A stretch of 64,000 nucleotides of DNA, from assembly GCA_963693365.1 (NCBI GenBank), contig CAVNZM010000003.1, positions 9,420,282 through 9,484,281 of the forward strand, in the 5' to 3' direction. The stretch's first letter is position 1, and each line of letters begins with the position of its first letter. The notes under the pieces are model-generated. The model worked only from the letters and a program-made list of their open reading frames with translations, did no database searches and was not told where the DNA came from. Shown here in pieces: positions 59,535 through 64,000 of the stretch. Made by a program: the position numbers and the translations under genes. The DNA is from Amoebidium appalachense. Taxonomy: Eukaryota; Protista; Ichthyosporea.

Positions 59535-59723
59535 GTTGTGCCTTCCTTTTTTGGTTAGATCTATACCCGGCCAATGGTTAGCAGCCACGGGTTTGTTTTC
59601 ATCAAGCTTAGACGTGATACTTTGCCAACCATCAAGGCCGTTTGAGTGACAATGACCGTTGATTGGAGAGATCTATCCCATTGAGCCTTGGCACAATGAT
59701 TGCTGTAAGCTGCTTTGTACCGT

Positions 59724-59736
59724 GGCATATAAAAGC
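59724..59736 (+). promoter_or_regulatory. TATA promoter motif GGCATATAAAAGC upstream of ORF 59831
   Basis: About 95 bp upstream of the ATG, with CCAAT/ATTGG boxes at ~59571 and ~59662; identical 13-mer upstream of the 63486 ORF. Confidence 0.7.
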
Positions 59737-59830
59737 AGCACACACGGTCACATTCACTCATTTCAACACTGACACTCAATAGTAAAAGGCGACACACAAC
59801 AAACTTGTTTTTCAAACACTCACACGAAAC

Positions 59831-60976
59831 ATGGATTCTTGGAAAGAGGAGCTTCAACAGCTGCAGAAGCGCTTTGATTTTCTGTACACGGACCATTCGT
59901 CTCGCTTAACGGCCCTGCACACCGACGTCACCAGCCTCCGCACCGACCTCACCAGCCTCCGCAGTCAAGTGACCAATGAGAATGCTGCGCGTACCCCCCG
60001 ACCCCCCCAACCCCAGCCCTCTGATGTAGAGGCACGACTGAGGGCAGCCGAAGAGCAGATCAAGACCCTGCAGGCCGAGCTTGCCAGCCTGCAACGGGCT
60101 GCAGCACCCCACCGGGATGGCCAGGTGGCCTATGAAAACTACATTTTCAGTGGCCCTTGCAAGACTACCCCTGTGGCCATGACCGCCCCTGTGACTGCCC
60201 CCACCCCTGCCGCCAAGACCGCCCCTGTGACTGCCCCCACCCCTGCCGCCAAGACCGCCCCTGTGACTGCCCCCACCCCTGCCGCCAAGACCGCCCCTGT
60301 GACTGCCCCCACCCCTGCCGCCAAGACCGCCCCTGCCAAGACCACCCCTACCACCAAGACCACTCCTGCCAAGACCACCCCTACCACCAAGACCACTCCT
60401 GCCAAGACCACCCCTACCACCAAGACCACTCCTGCCAAGACCACCCCTGCCGCTAAGCCCAGGCCCAAGCACACCAAAACACCTGAGACTTCGTTGCATG
60501 ACCATACGATGGACCTCGATGCACAGCTAACTAGTGTGAGGGGGGAGCTCCAGAATGCTCGAGAGCGTGTCAAAGAGGCAAAGGCGGCTGAAGATGAAAT
60601 GGCGGAGGGCCTGGCCATTGCTGCTGTGTGTGCAGCCCAAAACACCATAAAAAGCATCCGAAGGAAGATTCTGCGACGGGAGAAGAACTTGAAGGCATAC
60701 ACAGGTGGTAATGAGTCTGTCTCTTCACCTGCCTCACCCGCCAAACACGTCCATGATCAATGCGATTGGGACTCAGATGAAGCATTCAACCCCAAGCGGC
60801 TCAAACGACGGGCAAATCAGGTACTCGATGATATGACAGATGACGAATCTGCGTCTGATCGTGAGTCGGTCGTGTATGACCGCAAACCTGAACCCAAACA
60901 TAAACAAACTGAAGAAATTCCCCTCATTGATCTTGACCAGGAAGAGTTTGACCAGTATGAGCATGAGATGTACTGA
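59831..60976 (+). CDS. Intronless orphan protein: coiled coil, Thr/Pro/Ala/Lys tandem repeats, second coiled coil, basic NLS-like motif, acidic tail
   Basis: 381-aa ATG-initiated ORF with heptad-rich N-terminus (LTALHTDVTSLRTDLTSLRSQV), AKTAPVTAPTPA and AKTTPTTKTTP repeats, KRLKRR, upstream TATA box and T-rich 3' region. Confidence 0.8.
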   Translation: MDSWKEELQQLQKRFDFLYTDHSSRLTALHTDVTSLRTDLTSLRSQVTNENAARTPRPPQPQPSDVEARLRAAEEQIKTLQAELASLQRAAAPHRDGQVAYENYIFSGPCKTTPVAMTAPVTAPTPAAKTAPVTAPTPAAKTAPVTAPTPAAKTAPVTAPTPAAKTAPAKTTPTTKTTPAKTTPTTKTTPAKTTPTTKTTPAKTTPAAKPRPKHTKTPETSLHDHTMDLDAQLTSVRGELQNARERVKEAKAAEDEMAEGLAIAAVCAAQNTIKSIRRKILRREKNLKAYTGGNESVSSPASPAKHVHDQCDWDSDEAFNPKRLKRRANQVLDDMTDDESASDRESVVYDRKPEPKHKQTEEIPLIDLDQEEFDQYEHEMY

Positions 60977-61380
60977 TTTGATTGGTCGACTAAGTGGCAT
61001 TCTCTTTTGATTTGTATTTGAATTGATCGGTCTTGATTTATTTGTTTCTTTTCTCTTTTAGTTTGTATTTGAATATACTCGGTCCAAGTTGATTTGTTCT
61101 TTGTAATCTGACTAGACTATCATGTACGTACTTACTCTTTTTCTATACAATCACTTGTGTTCATATTAAAGGATTCTGTGTACGTGGACCGCGGAAACAT
61201 ACACCATTTTTTGCAGTGCTTCATGCTATAAAATAACCATGAGAGACACAAACAAATACACTAAGTGTGTACACGTCTACCCATAGGCCCAAGTGTTGAC
61301 ATGTCTGCCCACAGTTCCCTAAGGCTTAAAGCACACATCTGCCTGTATGCCATAAACTTTACTTTCACCACAAGACACCC

Positions 61381-62644
61381 ACCTAAGTACACGTCTGCAC
61401 CACCCTAAATACACTGTGGTGCACAGCCCCACCCTAAGTACACTCTGCACCACCCTAAGTACACGTCTGCACCACCCTAAGTACACCTCTGCACCACCCT
61501 AAGTACACGTCTGCACCACCCTAAGTAGACCTCTGCACCACCCTAAGTACACGTCTGCACAGCCCTAAGTACACCTCTGCACAGCCCTAAGTACACTCTG
61601 CACAGCCCCACCCTAAGTACACTCTGCACAGCCCCACCCTAAGTACACTCTGCACAGCCCCACCCTAAGTACACTCTGCACAGCCCCACCCTAAGTACAC
61701 CTCTGCACCACCCTAAGTACACGTCTGCACAGCCCTAAGTACACCTCTGCACAGCCCTAAGTACACTCTGCACAGCCCCACCCTAAGTACACTCTGCACA
61801 GCCCCACCCTAAGTACACCTCTGCACCACCCTAAGTACACTCTGCACCACCCTAAGTACACCTCTGCACCACCCTAAGTACACGTCTGCACCACCCTAAG
61901 TACACGTCTGCACCACCCTAAGTACACATCTGCACCACCCTAAGTACACCTCTGCACCACCCTAAGTAGACCTCTGCACCACCCTAAGTACACGTCTGCA
62001 CCACCCTAAGTACACGTCTGCACCACCCTAAGTACACCTCTGCACCACCCTAAGTACACCTCTGCACCACCCTAAGTACACGTCTGCACCACCCTAAGTA
62101 CACGGACATCTGCACCACCCTAAGTACACGTCTGCACCACCCTAAGTAGACCTCTGCACCACCCTAAGTACACGTCTGCACCACCCCAAGTAGACCTCTG
62201 CACCACCCTAAGTACACCTCTGCACCACCCTAAGTAGACCTCTGCACCACCCTAAGTACACGTCTGCACCACCCTAAGTACACGTCTGCACCACCCTAAG
62301 TAGACCTCTGCACCACCCTAAGTACACGTCTGCACCACCCTAAGTACACGTCTGCACCACCCTAAGTACACGTCTGCACCACCCTAAGTACACGTCTGCA
62401 CCACCCTAAGTACACGTCTGCACCACCCTAAGTAGACCTCTGCACCACCCTGAGTACACGTCTGCACCACCCTAAGTAGACCTCTGCACCACCCTAAGTA
62501 CACGTCTGCACAGCCCTAAGTACACCTCTGCACCACCCTAAGTACACCTCTGCACAGCCCTAAGTACACTCTGCACCACCCTAAGTACACTCTGCACAGC
62601 CCCACCCTAAGTACACTCTGCACAGCCCCACCCTAAGTACACTC
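61381..62644. repeat. 1.26-kb minisatellite of ~21-25-bp units, nearly all containing CCCTAA (TTAGGG on the minus strand)
   Basis: Consensus CACCCTAAGTACACGTCTGCAC with a few recurring variants (TAGACC, TACACC, TACACT, ACAGCCC); roughly 55-60 units by length/period. Confidence 0.95.
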
Positions 62645-62721
62645 AATGTTAAGTACATCTGCACACAAGCACTAGAATAGCCTGAGGCTACTCTCTAATA
62701 GCGGCCCCTTTTTTCACCGTG

Positions 62722-63486
62722 TCAAGGCCAGTTGATATCTTCGTCTGAAGACTCGGAAGACGCCCCAGAGCTGCTGGCATCACTGGCTCGTGCCCTTTTC
62801 TGCTGTCCCCGTGTCAAGGTCTTGGACTCGGAAGACGAGTACTCCTCAGAAGACGAGTACTCCTCAGGTTCTGACTGCTGTCCCCGTAGCAAGGTCTCGG
62901 ACAAGGTCTTGAACCAAGGAGGCACTTCCTCCTGTACCGCCGACCCAGAGCTTTTGACTTCCTCTCGTGTCCTCTTCTGCTGTCTTGGTGGTTTCTCCCG
63001 TGTCTTGGACCACACAGTCTTCCAGTTGAAATAAGGAGGCACTGGAGAATGGTGCTCCTCCTCCGACCCAGAGCTTCTGACTTCCTCTCGTGTCCTCTTC
63101 TGCTGTCTTCGTGGTTTCTCCCGTGTCTTGGACCCCTGTGTGATGTGCAAACGTGAGCGCTGCAGGGGCAGGGGGCCCAAGTCCACGGGATAGGAGCTGC
63201 CATGCTCGCCAGCACGAAGTGCAGGTGCCGCTGCCAGGACAGGGGGTGCCACGGTCAGCGCTGGGGGTGCCACGGTCAGCGCTGGGGGTGCCACGGTCAG
63301 CGCTGGGGGTGCCACGGTTGCTGCTGTAGTGGTGCGCTTGCTTAAAGCCATGCGGGCGTGCCTAGCAAGGGCGCACGCGAAACGGGTCTGGGTGTCCCGC
63401 AGGACCTTTGCATCCTCCTCCAAAGTCTTGAGTCTTGTCTCTATTTTTTTAGCGCGCCTTTCTAGATCTTTGATGTTAGAACTCAT
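62722..63486 (-). CDS. Intronless orphan protein: N-terminal coiled coil, TVAPPAL repeats, duplicated basic block, Ser/acidic tail
   Basis: Open frame from the first ATG at 63486 (MSSNIKDLERRAKKIETRLKTLEED) to TGA at 62722; SKTREKP(R/P)RQQKRTREEV(R/K)SSGS occurs twice; TATA motif ~85 bp upstream. Confidence 0.75.
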   Translation of the reverse strand: MSSNIKDLERRAKKIETRLKTLEEDAKVLRDTQTRFACALARHARMALSKRTTTAATVAPPALTVAPPALTVAPPALTVAPPVLAAAPALRAGEHGSSYPVDLGPLPLQRSRLHITQGSKTREKPRRQQKRTREEVRSSGSEEEHHSPVPPYFNWKTVWSKTREKPPRQQKRTREEVKSSGSAVQEEVPPWFKTLSETLLRGQQSEPEEYSSSEEYSSSESKTLTRGQQKRARASDASSSGASSESSDEDINWP

Positions 63487-63569
63487 TTTCGTGACAGTTG
63501 GATGTACGTTGTGTGCCAAGGGAGAAGCTAGCTAACATGGAAAAGGTGTGTGGATTGAAGAGAGTATGG

Positions 63570-63582
63570 GCTTTTATATGCC
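63570..63582 (-). promoter_or_regulatory. TATA promoter motif GGCATATAAAAGC upstream of ORF 63486
   Basis: gcttttatatgcc on the plus strand; several CCAA(T) boxes further upstream (~63620, 63652, 63681). Confidence 0.7.
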
Positions 63583-64000
63583 GTGCCCGGCTTTGGCATC
63601 AGATGCTTTATTGCATTAGATTGGTTGGATATACCCCAGCCGCGACGCTTGATTGGATCTAGAGATCGCGTGAATATCTGATTGGCTAATTGTCATTTGG
63701 GCATCTGGGTGTATCCGATAAGTTGGGGCTCAACCAAATCTGCTGACTGATTGATGAATTCTGATTGGATCAACAAGAGCATGTTTTGACTTGAGAATTG
63801 TCATTTGACAGATTGGATTGTAATCCGATCTTTGCAACTTGGCCGTCAGTGTTTGAACACAATGTATTTTGATGTAGCAACTCCTAAAAAAACACGAATA
63901 TGCTTCCCAACAATTACGAGCATTATTCTGTCTATCAGGGATACAAAAATTGGTCAGGAAAAGTACACAATCACATGGTGCTGACTGCTTGAACACGATG

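Noticed and set aside
59906-60744. Gly/Arg-rich and Val/Ala-rich antisense ORFs over the 59831 gene
   Set aside because: Shadows of the coding tandem repeats; the TATA box and ATG support the plus-strand frame.
61381-62644. 22-bp array as a CRISPR array or a true chromosome end
   Set aside because: Variable parts are a few recurring 1-4-nt variants rather than spacers, and unique sequence flanks both sides.
63730-63996. Minus-strand open frame at the window edge
   Set aside because: Truncated by the window with no recognisable motif; cannot be called without flanking sequence.

Overview
Eukaryotic genomic DNA with very long introns packed with (CA)n/(GA)n microsatellites and G/C homopolymers; most entries in the ORF track are artefacts of these repeats. 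Gene content suggests a unicellular holozoan such as an ichthyosporean (inference). Hand-splicing gives four host genes: an intronless secreted protein with five 6-Cys modules (2244-3251, -); a multi-exon SPIRE actin nucleator (KIND, WH2s, Spir-box, FYVE-type zinc finger; ~8.4-27.5 kb, +); a DNAJB12/14-like co-chaperone (~32.6-34.4 kb, -); and a ~20-exon P1B copper ATPase that resembles the plastid/cyanobacterial PAA/CtaA type and appears to have a mitochondrial presequence (36077-57613, -). A poorly resolved fifth gene may lie at 28-32 kb (-). Introns hold a 5'-truncated non-LTR retrotransposon, two MITE copies and a SINE-like repeat. From ~57.75 kb to the window end the sequence changes character and microsatellites disappear. 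This segment has a 387-bp GC-rich near-perfect palindrome, a G-rich octamer array, 5.6 identical 92-bp repeats, and two convergent intronless orphan genes sharing a 13-bp TATA promoter motif and flanking a 1.26-kb array whose ~22-bp unit contains TTAGGG. It is the best candidate for an undescribed element, possibly the end or origin region of an endogenous large DNA virus or giant mobile element; no viral hallmark gene is visible in the window.
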